DNA of 64,000 nucleotides from Lama glama (GCA_028534125.1 CM052818.1:28398001-28462000); one strand, 5' to 3'. Shown: positions 26,008-39,845, counted from the first letter of the stretch. Translations and numbers: made by a program. The notes: generated by a model from the sequence alone, not told the origin.

Positions 26008-26574
26008 CATAGTTTACGTTAGAATTTACTCTTGATGTTGTATATTCTATGGGTTTTGACAAATGCATAATGACATGTAGCCACTACAGTATCATACAGA
26101 ATAATTCCATTGCCCTAAAAATACCTTGTGCTCCATCTATTCATTCCTCCCTCTCTCTCCTCAAACCCCTGGAAACCACGATCTTTTTATTGTTTCCATA
26201 GCTGTGCCTTTTCCAGAATGTCATTTGGTTGGAATCGTACCGTTTGTAGCCTTTCCAGACTGGCTTCTTTCGTTTAGTAATATGTCTTTTAAGTTTCTTC
26301 TATTTCTTTCACAGCTTGATAGATTTTTTTTTACTGCACATATATTTTAAAATTTACATATATGTACTGTTCATTGTTTCTAAGAACGTTTAGAGCTTTA
26401 GCTTTTCAAACTTACATAGTTATCAAAGGAATACAGCCAACCACAAAATAAGAATTAACTCAAAAAGATACATACACCCTGCTATTATCACCAACATTAT
26501 CTATAATGGCCAAGATATGGAAGCATCGTAAGTGTACATCAATAGTTGAATAGATAATGGAGATGCAGTATATA

Positions 26575-26610
<36 letters not shown>

Positions 26611-26934
26611 CACACATACATATATATATATATGTATGTAATGGAATACAACTCACCCATAAAAAAGAATGATATTTTGCCACTTGTGGCCCTTCACTTT
26701 TTTTTTCTCACTTCAAAAACCAGAATTTTATAACTGGCAAAGACATTTCCATTACATCAAAAACAATAAAATACCTAGAAATAAACTTAACCAAGAAGGT
26801 TACCTATACTCTGAAAACTGAAATGACACAAAGAAATGGAAAGATTTCTTGTGCTCTTGGATTCAAAGAATCAACACTATCAAAATGGCCACTCTACCTA
26901 AAGCAATCCACAGATCCAACACAACCCCCATCAA
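26008..26934. repeat. Duplicated composite segment, copy 1 (antisense L1MB 3' piece, spacer, sense L1 pieces)
   Basis: 26008-26832 aligns to the reverse complement of 52079-52853; 26834-26934 aligns directly to 51791-51890. Confidence 0.95.
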
Positions 26935-27375
26935 GGCTTAATTCTGAAGGTCAGTGGGTTAGAGGTAGGAGTCAGACAAGCTTTTATAATTAATCTGACT
27001 CAGCATCTCACTCTGGCAATTCTTCTCTCTACCTTTCTTTTCCAGTGGGGCATTACAAGTTCCTTATCTGTAAGTGGAGGATTTCAGAAACACTTAGACT
27101 GGGGTGACTTAAGAAGCTAATTCTAGGGTTTGCCAAGATTACAGAAAAAGTAGCACCTGTATATAAGAAAATCCTATTTGCTTTTCTCTCTAGAGTTGAA
27201 ATAAGAGGGTTTCAGTGCCCAGGGTGTGTTTAATTATTTATATGAGGGTTATTAGTGTGTGGTTAGTGAGTCCTTATTGAATGTTATACATGCCAGCAAC
27301 CTGCAGTGAAGCTATGTTAAGACACTGTTCTTGCTAAATTATTAAGATATAAAATGAATAATGAAGGGCATTTTA

Positions 27376-27515
27376 GCGAGGGAGGGTATGCTTAGCATGC
27401 ACTAGGTCCTGGGTTCAATCCCCAGTATCTCCATTAAATAAATAAACAAACCTAATTACTCCCCACCCCAAAACAACAACAACAACAACAAAACCAACCA
27501 TACAAATAAACAAAA
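27376..27515 (+). mobile_element. Camelid tRNA-derived SINE (Vic-1 type), A-box region apparently deleted
   Basis: 'ggagggtatgcttagcatgcactaggtcctgggttcaatccccagtatctcca...aaacctaattactcccc' with B box GGTTCAATCC (27412-27421) and an (AAC)n/A-rich tail. Confidence 0.85.
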
Positions 27516-27989
27516 GTGAGAGAGTAGAGGTAATGAGTCATTTTGTCCCTTATGGGAAAGTGAAGCAATCTTATAAATTAGTGGATGACGGATATATCCA
27601 TAGCATATGACACAAAGAGCAGCAATATTTGGGCTTAACTACACCCTGAAATTTTCAGGATGTCATTGTGGAGGGCACTGATAGTCTCCCTGCTCGTGTT
27701 TTACTGGATCATAGTATTGTTTTGTCTGTCTTCTATATGCATAAACTTTACCTCCATTCAGGTGTGTCTATTGACTTAGCCTTGTCTTATTCATGGGAAG
27801 GGAAAATATAAGCAGTTCTTTTAGCAAATGTAAGAACAGCTTATGTTTTATTGGTTTTTCCTTGGGCTTTCTGTCCAAACTTTATTGTTCCTAGGTTCCT
27901 ATGTTTTTATTCCCTATATGTAAATATGTAATTTCTATCTTTCATTATGTTGTATGCCCCTGTCTGGTTTCTAATTCATATTACATCAT

Positions 27990-28464
27990 TGTATTAATTT
28001 CCAATTGCCACTGTAATAAATTATCACAAATAAAGAGCCTTAAAGGAATATCTTTCTGTTCTTGAGATACAAAGTTCAAAATGGTTTGGCAGGGCTTCCT
28101 TCCTTCTGGAGGTGCTAAGGAAGAATGTGTTCACTTACCTTTTCCAGCTTCAACAGGCTCCCCATCATCATTGGCTTAAGACCCTGAATCATTCTGACCC
28201 CTCCGTCCATCGTCATATACCTCTCTCTCTCTCTCTCTGCTTCCATAGTCACATCATCTTTTCAAACTCTAATCCTTCTGCTTCTTTCTTATAAGGACCT
28301 TGTGATTACACTGAGCCCAAGAAAATCAAGGATAAACTCCTCATCTCAAAATTCTTAATTCAGTCCTATCTTCAGTGAGCCTTTTGCCAAGTAAAGTAAC
28401 ATATTGACAGAGTCTGGGAATTAGGACATGGACATCTTTGGGAACCATTTTTCAGCCTTCCACA
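27990..28464 (-). mobile_element. MLT1 (MaLR) solo LTR
   Basis: 'tgtattaatttccaattgccactgtaataaattatcacaaa...ataaggaccttgtgattacactgagccc...ttcagccttccaca'. Confidence 0.85.
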
Positions 28465-31400
28465 CCTATGAACCTACTAGAACCTGTCGTTTGATAGACC
28501 TTAGCCCATGTCTGGGAATTTGCTACTTCAGGTAGCTCTTATACCTGTATTTCTTTCACTTTATAGCTCATGTCTCCCAGACTTGAATTTAATTTACCAG
28601 TTTGGATCCTCTCCACCTGCACTGTTTAAGTTGGGGTCCTTAAATCCAATCCTTTGGCTGGAAACATTTCCTACTTTCCTATGTTGAACTTTGAGATTTA
28701 AAGCCAACTGTCTACTTATAACCAAGCATCCTTCTCATAATGAAGTACAGAAATTCTCCATCATCTCACAGACTCTGAGCCCCTGATCCTTCCCCATTCT
28801 CCCCATTTGCAATCCTCCACATGCCAATGGAAAGAACATATCCCTGCCCTATAATTATAACTGAGTCTAACCCTAGTGCCTGTAATTGTTGTGTTCATGG
28901 TCCCAGCACTTGCAGCAGAGACCTGGCCCACGGCCGAAAGCCCAGACATGGTGACTTTGCATCTTGGACAAGTTGAATTTCTCAGATGTTTTTGTTGCAG
29001 TGTAAACCAATCAGACTACTAAAAAGTGAGAGAGAATGGGAGGAAACTGCCTTATTTGAAGTGAATGTTTTGTTTAGTCCTTGTCACATTTTATCCTTAC
29101 CTATACTGTGTCTGTGCCTAAAGAACAACAGGTTCACAGGCATCAGAGCAAGTACCTGGCAAATACAGATGGTCTGGAAATGTTTTGTTTCTCATTTTTC
29201 CCTGTTGATTTCATAGAAGCTTGTGATTACTAAGCTGCCAATTTCACTATGGATGTGGCTTTAGTTTGCCACAATTTTATGAGATCTCCCTACAGATCTG
29301 ATGTTCTGATTTACAACACAAATATTTGTCAAATGTCCACAGGAAATTTCTAAATTGTCTAGTGGACCCATGTATGGACAAGGAATATTTTGCTCAATTG
29401 TTTGTAAAATCTGGTGAAGTGCTTCTTCCATGAGAAAGGGCATCATGACCCCTTGGGATAACACATCAAATTGAGGGAAAGGTTAGAAGGAAGTCTTGGA
29501 TAGTTAGAAAAAAAATTCACTATAAAAATTAGTTTTATAACATGATTTGTTTTCACTGTGTTTTGAAATGTTAAATAACATCAAAGAAAGGCTTCTGGGG
29601 TTTTTCTGTATACTTAAGGGGCATGTAAATTAAAGAGGCTGAGACATACTCTCCTATTTAGAATTTTGCCTCTATTTGCATAAACTCAAATGCACAGTTT
29701 CTCTTTATTTTTAGATGTATTTCTTAATTACACTGTTCTATTTAGTCTCATTTTTTGTGGTTTCCATGTTCAGGGAATTAGGCACAGAAAGAAGGCAATG
29801 AAAAGGGAGGCAGTTAAAAATGTTGAGAAAGTATGGACACAGAGAAAATTTGGCGTAGATACAGATTGGATAATGTTGTAGTGGCCACTGGAAGGAAGAA
29901 GGGCATTCAAGTATACTCAGAGGACAGAACTGGTTTTAAAATGTAGAAAACTTTATTTTAAAAGTGAGTGGTTTCCTGGGTGCTAAATTTAATATATTGC
30001 AAATTCTTATGCTTCAAATATCCTCTACTGCCAGATTTTCTATACTTTATATGATTCAAAACCTTCAGGTGGAAATTAGATGATGGAAAATTTTGAAAAT
30101 GTTGTTTACCCAAAATACTTTAAAGGCAAAAACTCAATGACTTAATTTTGTTCTATTTTCTAAAGTGTCATCTTAAATTTTTTTGATGAATATAGCAAAT
30201 GAAAATTTGGGGAAGGGATCATTGATTCATTGGTGCTTTATTTTGTTCCGTTTTTCTGCTGAAATATAAATACAGCTATTCATATTCCTGTCATTGGTCG
30301 ACTTTTGAGGGCTTAGGTGTTGGTCATTATTTAAACAGGTAATGTTATGGGTATTAATTAAGATTTCCATTTTGAAAAATCTTTCCATGAGTAGTCAGGA
30401 CACTTCTGACATTCTTAAACAGTATGTTAAGGAGAAAATCATGAAAATCATGAACTCCCCTGGACTTTTTACCCAATATGTTAGAGATGAAACTGTTACA
30501 TTCTGCTTTGGCAAGGGGTTCCTCTGTCATCCTCCAGAACAGGCTGTCATCTTGAGCCTAATCATTTTCTCCATGGGAGTCAGCACTTCCCCACTCATCC
30601 ATAGCTTTTTTCTACTCTTTTCTAAAAGTTATACATTTTGACAAGAGATTACAGACCTGTGACTTTACAGAGGAGCCATCTGAAATAATTGGCCTTTTCC
30701 TTAGAGGAGCCCTCTTGGAAGTTTTCCACAAATGTTACAGAGGGTACAGACATTGCACCTTACTCCCCCACTGGCATTTGTCTCTTTTCTCATTATAATT
30801 TCATTAATTTTCCTAATGTTGTCAGAGTCCGATCTCTCATCAGTCAATAGCCTTTGACCACATAGTTTGTATTTAAATAATTGCTTATTAAAATGCCTTC
30901 TGAAATTAAGAAAAACCTTTGGTCTTGAAAGAGGGCACAACGAAACAACAGACTATTCCAAGAGTAGATTTGGTTTACTAAGATATGATTATAGAAATGT
31001 CAGTTAAATAAAGAAATCTGAATTTGTTACAATTCACTGATCCAAAGCATCAATCAACAAGTACTTCTACAGCACCTACTTTTAGTTCTAGCAACTGATA
31101 TTCATTTATATTTCGTTTCCTGCAGACAACATTATCTCCTTCTCCTTTAAAAACACAAAATTCTTTACCCAAATTTAGACATTATTTCTTTCTGATCAAC
31201 TCCCAATCTAATGGATATCACTGAGCTGACCAATCATAATGATCCCAATGCCTATAGTATTTATAATGATTGAGTTATTGCAACATCAAAAGTAGTGTTA
31301 TCACCGTGCAATAGAGTCAAAACCACTATTCCAAGAAATAATGAGCTTTAGATGATGCCATCTTCCTGTCTGAGTTGATTTGGATATTCATACTGTGTTC

Positions 31401-31592
31401 TTTTATTTGTTGATTCAGCAAATATATAACAAGTGCCAAATATTTGCCAGGTATATTAGGCTTTAGTAGGTGTGTGTATGGAGGATTAGGATGAATTTAG
31501 GGATCTTCTTTTCAACTCCATGAATGATGAATTTTGGATATGGAATCTCATTTGCATCAAACATCACTAGTTATTTTAAAAGACTTCTTCCA

Positions 31593-31629
31593 GACACAAC
31601 ATTGTAAAATGATTATAAATCAATAAAAA
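31593..31629 (+). mobile_element. 37-bp extreme 3' tip of a camelid L1 with 15-bp TSD
   Basis: Resembles the L1 tail at ~20423-20460; flanked by aaaagacttcttcca at 31578-31592 and 31630-31644. Confidence 0.85.
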
Positions 31630-31664
31630 AAAAGACTTCTTCCAAATTTATATAATAAGATTAC

Positions 31665-31880
31665 ATTGTAATAGTTAAGAGTATGGACTCCAAAGTCCTG
31701 TGGTCGGAGTTCAAATCCCATCTCTACCCTTTGCTAGCTGGATGACCTTGGATAAATTACTTAATGTCTCTCTGTCTCAGTTTTCTTACTGATAAAATAT
31801 TTAAGAATTGGGTCACTATTAAAGAAGGTAGCATTTCTAAAACACTGATCACAGCTCTTGGCACATGGTATACTTATTAC
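31665..31880. mobile_element. MIR
   Basis: 'gttaagagtatggactcc...gttcaaatcccatctctac...gaccttggataaattacttaatgtctctctgtctcagttttc'. Confidence 0.85.
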
Positions 31881-32698
31881 ACATATAAAAAGAAAGATAG
31901 TGATAGGATGAAATAAATTCTTGATCATGATAATTGCTTAATTCGTTTCTTTAAACAAGTTACAAGGTGATTTGAGAACACTATTCTTTTGTGATCCTGC
32001 CCTTAAATCTTGCAACTTACTGTTTATGCTTTTTTGAACTTGGTATCCTATTTTAAAAAGTGTGTGCAGAGATAGAGGCCTACATGCTCACTTAAGTCTG
32101 GGAAATCTTAAAGGCATCAGATTTTACCTTAGCCATAACTTCAAAGAGACCAGAACAATCTCTCTACTGGACAAGCACAAACTATTGCATTCATTTAGTT
32201 GAAGCAAGACTATTGTTTCTCAACTCCTGATTCTTTTTACCACAGTCATCTTTGACCTAGTAGAGATTACAGCAGGGGTCAGTATCAAGAGGGTAAATGA
32301 AATTCTCAGTAAATGTATCAGGAATTATAGCCTCTCCTTGGGACTGTTTCTTGTTTTCCCAATATGAATAAAAATATTCTGTCTCCTTGGGAACCACTAA
32401 TGTTGACTCCATCTGGTACCCCTTAACAAGGTATAAGGGTATGAAATGAACTTCTATTCATATGTTGGACACCCAGGTGCTATTTCTATTATTAAGAGAG
32501 CTAGAGATATTAGAATCTGGTTGAATTACTACCTTGCTCTCAAAGTTCATGGTTATTTGTGTTTTCTACTTGATCTCGTTTGTTTTGTTTTTGTCACAGA
32601 CAAAATAGGAAAGAAGTGAAAATTTGAATTAATGTATCTAAGTTTCATGGCTACGAAATATAATTACGCATATATATGGAGATATTTGGTTCCGAGAG

Positions 32699-32701
<3 letters not shown>

Positions 32702-32733
<32 letters not shown>
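32702..32733. repeat. (GT)16 microsatellite
   Basis: Direct reading. Confidence 0.95.
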
Positions 32734-32735
<2 letters not shown>

Positions 32736-35700
32736 CAAACTTGTAACTCTGTGGATGCTATTATATTGTTAACTTTTTAATATACAATTGAATTGGGCAG
32801 TGACATTACTCACAGCTTATAAAATTCACTTAGCCTTTTCATGCATTATTCTTAAACATTAAAGATGCTATATAAATGGCAATTCCAGAATCAAATATCT
32901 GCTGGAAAATTGTTTACTTCATTTTAAATTGTATTTTTCTTTGTTCCACTAACTTTGACATAAATGAATCACTTCATATACATTTCTATTTTAAAAATAT
33001 AATGTATTTTTACTGATATAACAATTGATCTGTCAGTCAACCCTCACATCAGAGCACTATTCTGACCAGTGACACTTCCTTTAGTATGGCATAGCCCCTC
33101 ATAGGCTAAGTGTGCCCCTGTGCTACATTCAGTTAATTATTCTACACTTGTTTTTCCATGTGATGTATTATTCAGCAAATAAGACAACAAGATGGAGAAA
33201 CTGCTTATAGCTACTGTATTTGAACAAGAATGAATATGACTAGAAGTCATTCTCTGACCTAAAATGAGTCCATGGCCTCCGGCCAGAGAAACAAATTACC
33301 ATTAAAATGTGGTTTGTCCATGCTTCCTTCAGCTCAGTATCAATACAGTCTATCGAATGGCTAAAATAAGTTCAAAATAGAAATCACCATTACCTACCCC
33401 ACCATCATTTTCCGACTTTTCCTATGCTACTTTTATTTACCAAAGTTTGGCTTGATATTTTAATATGCATCCAAGATAAAACTGGTTAGTACCAACGATA
33501 ATCAATACCAGATTAAACAGCTTAAAAATTAAAAATTAAGAAACGTTGAGATTTGCTGAAGCCCACTGTGAACGCATTGCCGAAACTTCCTTTTTTTAAG
33601 TAAACTTCATTCCAAATGGCTTAAGTTACTTCCCATACAGTAGATGGGCAATTAGTCTAAAGGAATCTCTTCAAATTAATTTCCTTCCAGAGGACTTTTC
33701 TTCACTATTTCACATTTTTGACTTTCCTCGCTTTGCACTGATGGGGTAGTATATTTCCATTACCTTTGCAGTCTTTTTTCATTCCCCTTACAATTGAATT
33801 AAATTTAGTCTGCTGTTCTAGACATGAAGTGTTGGTCCAACTGAGTTATTTAAGCTCAAAAAAGTATAGGATTTTTATTATTTCAATTCAAGCTTTATAT
33901 GTGACAAGTTTGTCAAAAGTGGAAGCCCAAGATTATTTTTAAAAGAGGAAATGGTTCTCTTGCGTTTGCAACTTTGGATAATGCATATAGTAGAACTGAT
34001 AACCACCCTTACCCTTGACCCTGTGATCTCCCAGATCATCTTGTAGCTGTTAATCAATTGAAATTTACCATATATTTTACCTTTCATCTTAACCTTAATA
34101 ACCTTAAATGTTTTCTGTAATGTAGATATCAGAGCCACTGAAAAACAAATAATCTATTAAAAATTACATAATATATAGGTTATTTTAGCACAGAAAACAC
34201 AGTTTTTAACTCCACATCTGTTACTAACATGATTCACCACTCCTAAGTAATATGGATGTGAGACTATGATTACAACCAAGAAATATAGGAGGCTCTTTTC
34301 CTTATGTCACATAAGAAATTACAGAAGTCTGAACTGAGTGGCAGAGGACATGTATAAAGCACACATGATTAAAGAGACAAAACTGAAGATTCAAGACTTG
34401 AAGACCTATTAGAAGAGGCAAAGTAGAGAATAGCGCTATCAAGGAAATAAAGACAAATTTGCCTTAAGTGATTCAATCTATTCATGACGTCACTTTAAAA
34501 ACTAAACATGCTGAAGAGTTAGATTTGTTATTTCATTCCATTTGTTTGACTGACTGATTTAATTATTTCCATTTTAAATATGAGACATGAAAGTGGAGAT
34601 ATCTGCTAGGTTGCTGGAGTTGCAGATTTGGATAATAACAGAGACAGGACTACTATTCATTCGTGAACACATAGTAGTTGAAGAGTGAGTACAGTGTTTG
34701 GGAAGTTATGGATTCAAAAGAACAGAGGCCTGAGGACAAAAGGGGAAAAAAAAAAAGCAGAGAAACTACACAGTATCTGTAAAAGTTAGGAAAGCAAGGA
34801 AAGTAGTGCCACAAAATCCAAAGGAGGGGGGAAATAAAATAAAGTCTAGAAAAAGAAACTAAATAGATTAAAGATTTAGTTAATAGGACCTCTATGCATA
34901 AATTGACAGAACTGTGATGACTCCACTTGCCTGAGGGAGTGGACATCGACTGGGGTCGCTTAGAAGGGCCACACGTAACTTATAAATATGTATGATTTAC
35001 CTGAGTAGTAGTTTCAATCTTTAGAGATGATAACCAGAAGTGAATGTATTATATATTATAACAAAAGTGTTTAAGATGATATATATGTATATATATAAAA
35101 ATATATATGTACTTAAAATCTCTAGAAACTTCAAAATTTCTATATAGAGGAAGCTTATAGGTAGTACTCCAGTTGAAACACAAGGCTAAGGAATATTTCT
35201 TGAGGCTGTATTTCCACAACAAGTACTTGGTATTTGCTTGGAGGCCATGTTTTATTATGGGTGACTGTGTAGAGGGTTGGCTGATGGAACCTGTGGTGAT
35301 GAACTTAAGCTACCTGACTGCCATGAGACAGATCTTGATTACACATTAGATACGTGGAATTACATGTAGGTTACCCCTTGGGTTCTCCCTTGGTGGGCTT
35401 CAATGAGGAAGGCTTGATGATCCCCTCTGGGTATTACACCCATCCATTCTAGGTCTAATGACCCATTTGGATGAAGTCTTCCATAGAAGGTGAATACCGG
35501 ATATAAAACTCTTTTGAAATATCTTGCAATTTGGTTAACCAATACTTTCTGTAATCAAAGCTGTAATGTAATTTTTTTTAAGTGAAACTGTGGGGAAAGA
35601 TGAAGATATATGTTACAAATGTTTTAAAATAGTGCCAGTCAGATCTTGGGATTTTAGAAAATCTTGCATTTACTGAAGAAAAATGATGCTTAAGTTTAAA

Positions 35701-38700
35701 AAGAAGTTAGAATTGAAACCAAGCATACAGATTTTAAAAGTTTATTCTAGTCCTACCGCAGACTCTTTCAGAACAATGTTGTTTATTCTACTCAACCCCC
35801 ATATCTTAACAAAGTTGACAATATTGGTGGTATTTCAAAGTTGACATTGCTTGTATAATCTCTGTGGAAGTTTCAATGCTGAATTGAAATATAAGGATCT
35901 TTAGAACAGAAAAGCCACTCTGCCTTATCTTTAGAAAATGTGTTTATATTTGCAAATGACCTCTCAAAAGAAGCTTTCTCAAGTGTTATCATTTTTATGG
36001 TAAGTAATATGAATAAGAAAATTCTCATTATAAAAATTTGCTAAGATCCTTTTATTTAGCTCGATGGCACTCAAATGGTTATAGTGATAAACTTCAAAGT
36101 TAGCAGTAGTAGAATATTTTTCCATTTAACATCAAGCCAATACTGAAGAAAATTGCTACCGTATTTTCTAAGTTATTAACCTTTACAATGAGATCTATTT
36201 CTACACAAAGAGAAGAATTTGCTCCTCTATTTTGATGTCAACTTAAGTTAGAAATACTAATCAAATAAATAAATTGAAATTAACCCATACACATCTGCTT
36301 TCTTTTGTCTTTTCTACACCTACCTAAGCTACATATTGGAAAAATGTAGGAAGTGTTTGAAATTCTTCTATTGTTTACAATAACAGCATTTAGTTATACC
36401 AATAAAAGTGATTGTATGTGTTAAAGTGCATGACTTTTTCTTTGAAGTGTTCTGTAAGGTCCTATTGTCTGTAAAACCCCTCAAAAAATCATTATCTCTG
36501 AATTCCCTCATTTAGACTCCTTATTCCTTACCTGTAGTTCTAGCCAACTTTCTGACAAAAAGTAATCACAAATGTGTTTATCTATTCATTTCCCTTCTGC
36601 CTTAGAGGATTTTCCATAGTACTGGAAGTCTAGTTACCCAAATTCCCTCTTTTAATCTTCCCAAGAGTTAATCTTCTATTCATAGTTCCACAATCTAACT
36701 TCCCCCTTAAAACCTTGCTCCGATTTATCAAGGTGTGCTTGAGTACTTCTTTCTTCTAACTCTATCTAGATTTGGCACTCTTTCAGATAAACTCTACGAG
36801 CTCTCTCAGTTTATGCACTTATCCTGCCTAAAACCTTTCTTTGTAAGTAATTTATTCCAGACTTCATTTTAGTAGTCCTTTCTTTATCCTACTCACATTT
36901 ACCCCAGCCCCTCCAGCACCATATAGTTTAAAGTAAGACAGTCAGGGTATAAAATTTAGTTCTGAGCATTTGATTTGAGTCCTTGAAATTCATTTTTTGC
37001 ATCTGCATTATAGGAGCAATATTTATTACAGAATATTGTTGTGAATATTAAATAACATAAATAACGTAAAACACTGCTACATGCCTAACACATTAAAAGG
37101 AATGAATGGGTGTTAACCATTCTCATTCTCAATAATTTCATTACTCTGCTGTTTTTGTACATCTCTAGGAGATGTAAAATAAAATGAAATATGGTGAAAT
37201 AGGCATGGGATTTGATGTCAAACAAATCTGTGTTAGTAATCTGACTGATAACTTAGCTATGTGACTTTGAGTCTGTTACCTTCCTTAAGCTTTATAGTCA
37301 TGATTCAATAACATGATCTGCATATAGCAGCAGACATAAAATTTGTCCTTATTAAATGTCTGTTGAATGAGTAAATAACTGATATACATTTGTGTATGTG
37401 CATTGTAGTGCTGGCCTTAACAGTTTCAGAAGATTTTTATTGACTCATTCAGCAAAGATTTATCACATATGAACAATAAAATGTACTAGGCACTCAGAAT
37501 AATTTCAAATAGGCCTGGTAAGGACCATTATCTATTTGTGTGGTATATAATATCGTATCGCCTGCCATTAGATTGGTTAATAATTCTTCGGAAACAGTAG
37601 CAGGTAGCTTTCTCTGCTCAAGCCTAAATTATAATTCATATACATCTGGTATGTCTGGAAAACTGATGAGTTAGGCCTTCTCCAAATTGATTTCCATAGC
37701 TATTTATTTTCTTCCATAATTTTACCAAGCCACTCGAGACAGTGATAGGTGTGGCCATAAGAGCAATAAAGCCTAGAGAAAGATACTAGGACAAAGTATT
37801 CAGGGTCAGCAGCAAGAATGGATGCAGGGTGGACTCTGAAATAAGCCCCAGGGGAACAGTGCCATTTGAGGTAAGTGGGATGGTTGGAAAGTATCCATGG
37901 TTCCAGACTGAGAACCAGGGAATAGGCACTGGACAAATCTTTGCAGCCTCAGCTTGGAGGTGGCAAATCTGGACTATATAAGATGATGATTGAGACAGAC
38001 TCAATCATATAATCTAGAATTTCTCCCCCGTAGTAAGGTTGAATGTTAGTAAAAAGATAACATTATTTAGGATTTACATAATAGTCACTCAATCCTAACA
38101 CTCAAAACAATAATATTTCATTTTAATGTTTACCAGATTAAATGTGCATTTCTAAAATAAAGTTCTCATTACCTACTGACTTTTAAATGAATTTTATAAA
38201 GTCAATAAAACATACATTATAACCATATAAACATTAGTTCCATTTAAACATTCCCTAAGTGCCTTTAGGTAAATGATCCATCCAAAAGTTTTCACTATTT
38301 TTCCAAAACCATGCAGTGATAAAATTATCTGTAAACAAAAAGTGATGCAACATATCTGAATATGTAAGGTGCTACCTCGAAACTAGCTTATAAAATTTAA
38401 TGGTCAATAAAATTTGTTTTCAGTCCATAAAATGTGTTTTTTTAACTTGCTCTTGAAAAATATGACAATTAGAAGCATGCTACTATTACAATGGACTAAA
38501 ATCGAATTAAATCACAATCTCTATCCTTTCCAGAAATTTTTAGACAACCAAGAAACAGCTCTTGAATAGAGATCATGTCCATATATTTGCAGTAGAATTA
38601 TGGTGAGAATATAATGATGGAGAAGAAATAATTGGAAAAACAAACTGAAACACTGTCATGTTATTTCTAAAAAGAGATATGATGATTGACACATGCTCAT

Positions 38701-39723
38701 GAACTTTTCAAATGCAAGTAGATGGAACTCTCTTGCCACTTGACATTAAAATTTCAATACCAAATGTCTCTGGCTGTATCCCAAGCTGAGTAATTATATT
38801 TGGTCCATAGTATAAGCATTTGATGATTTTATGCTTCTCAGTATGTCCTCCTTTTAGAATTTCACCCAGGACTGCATTTAAAAATAATTAATTCTAAAAT
38901 AGCGAAATCAGTCAAAGTCAGAAAAAAGGCAACCAAATAAAACTGAAACAAAGCAGTCATATCTAGAAAGAAAGAATGGTTGCAATACATAAATACATAA
39001 GCCTCAACCTTGAATGACCTTTGAATTCTATACAAAGACGGTCTATACATATTTAAGAGAAAAACCCCTCTGGTATCAGCTTCAGGCTCAGTGACTGCAA
39101 TGCATTAAATGCTAAAATGTAGTGAAAAGGAGAAAAAATATGCTGCAATGATGAGTGGCACGTGGGCCTATGGCCAGTAGCTATCTTCTCTCTTTTCATA
39201 AAATCCTCCAGTTGAACTTGGTGGGACAAAAATCTGGGTCCAGGTTATCCTGAAATCTCTATGGTTCCGTAAGTTTGTTATTGGCTAGTAGCCATAAAGC
39301 TTAATACCTCCCAAAGTTCTTTTAGATATTTTGGTAATTCAGCATCAAAAGAAAATGTAGCAAAACTGTTTTTAACTGCCCAATCAAATTTGGTGTGCTA
39401 GTTTGTTTTAATGTACAGTGCTGAAAAAATGGTTAGTAGAATTAAGGGATAATGTTAAGGAACATGATTCAGAAAAATACACCTCAAAATGAGTATACCA
39501 GCTAAACTGAAGAACTAATCCATGATCTTCAAGCCTTGGATGCACACTCACTTAAAAGAAAGTGGCCAATGGTTGCTCTTTTGGATAAGCTGCTAAAACT
39601 GGTACACCGTGCTCTACAGGAGAAACCAATCTTGTGATCTTAGCTACACTGGGTTTGGTTGGGGGCAGGTGCATAAGCTGGGAATCACAGTATGCAAGCT
39701 GATATTGATTGCTAAGGGGCAAA

Positions 39724-39845
39724 TCCTACCTGATAGAAGTGCCATGAACAGAGAGGCAGCCGGTTTATACCGTCTTTTGGAATGTTCAGTGAGCACGGGA
39801 AAGATCGGCCACCGGGTATTACTGGATTATTGTAAGTGGATTACA
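39724..39845 (-). promoter_or_regulatory. Candidate TATA promoter or enhancer with CpG cluster and paired TAATCC sites
   Basis: TATAAA (minus, 39769-39764); 5 CpG in 39761-39814; GGATTA at 39824-39829 and 39838-39843; TGGAATGT at 39778-39785; not an obvious repeat. Confidence 0.35.

Noticed and set aside
34485..34492. Perfect CRE palindrome TGACGTCA
   Set aside because: A single 8-mer among L2-like degenerate sequence with no supporting promoter features
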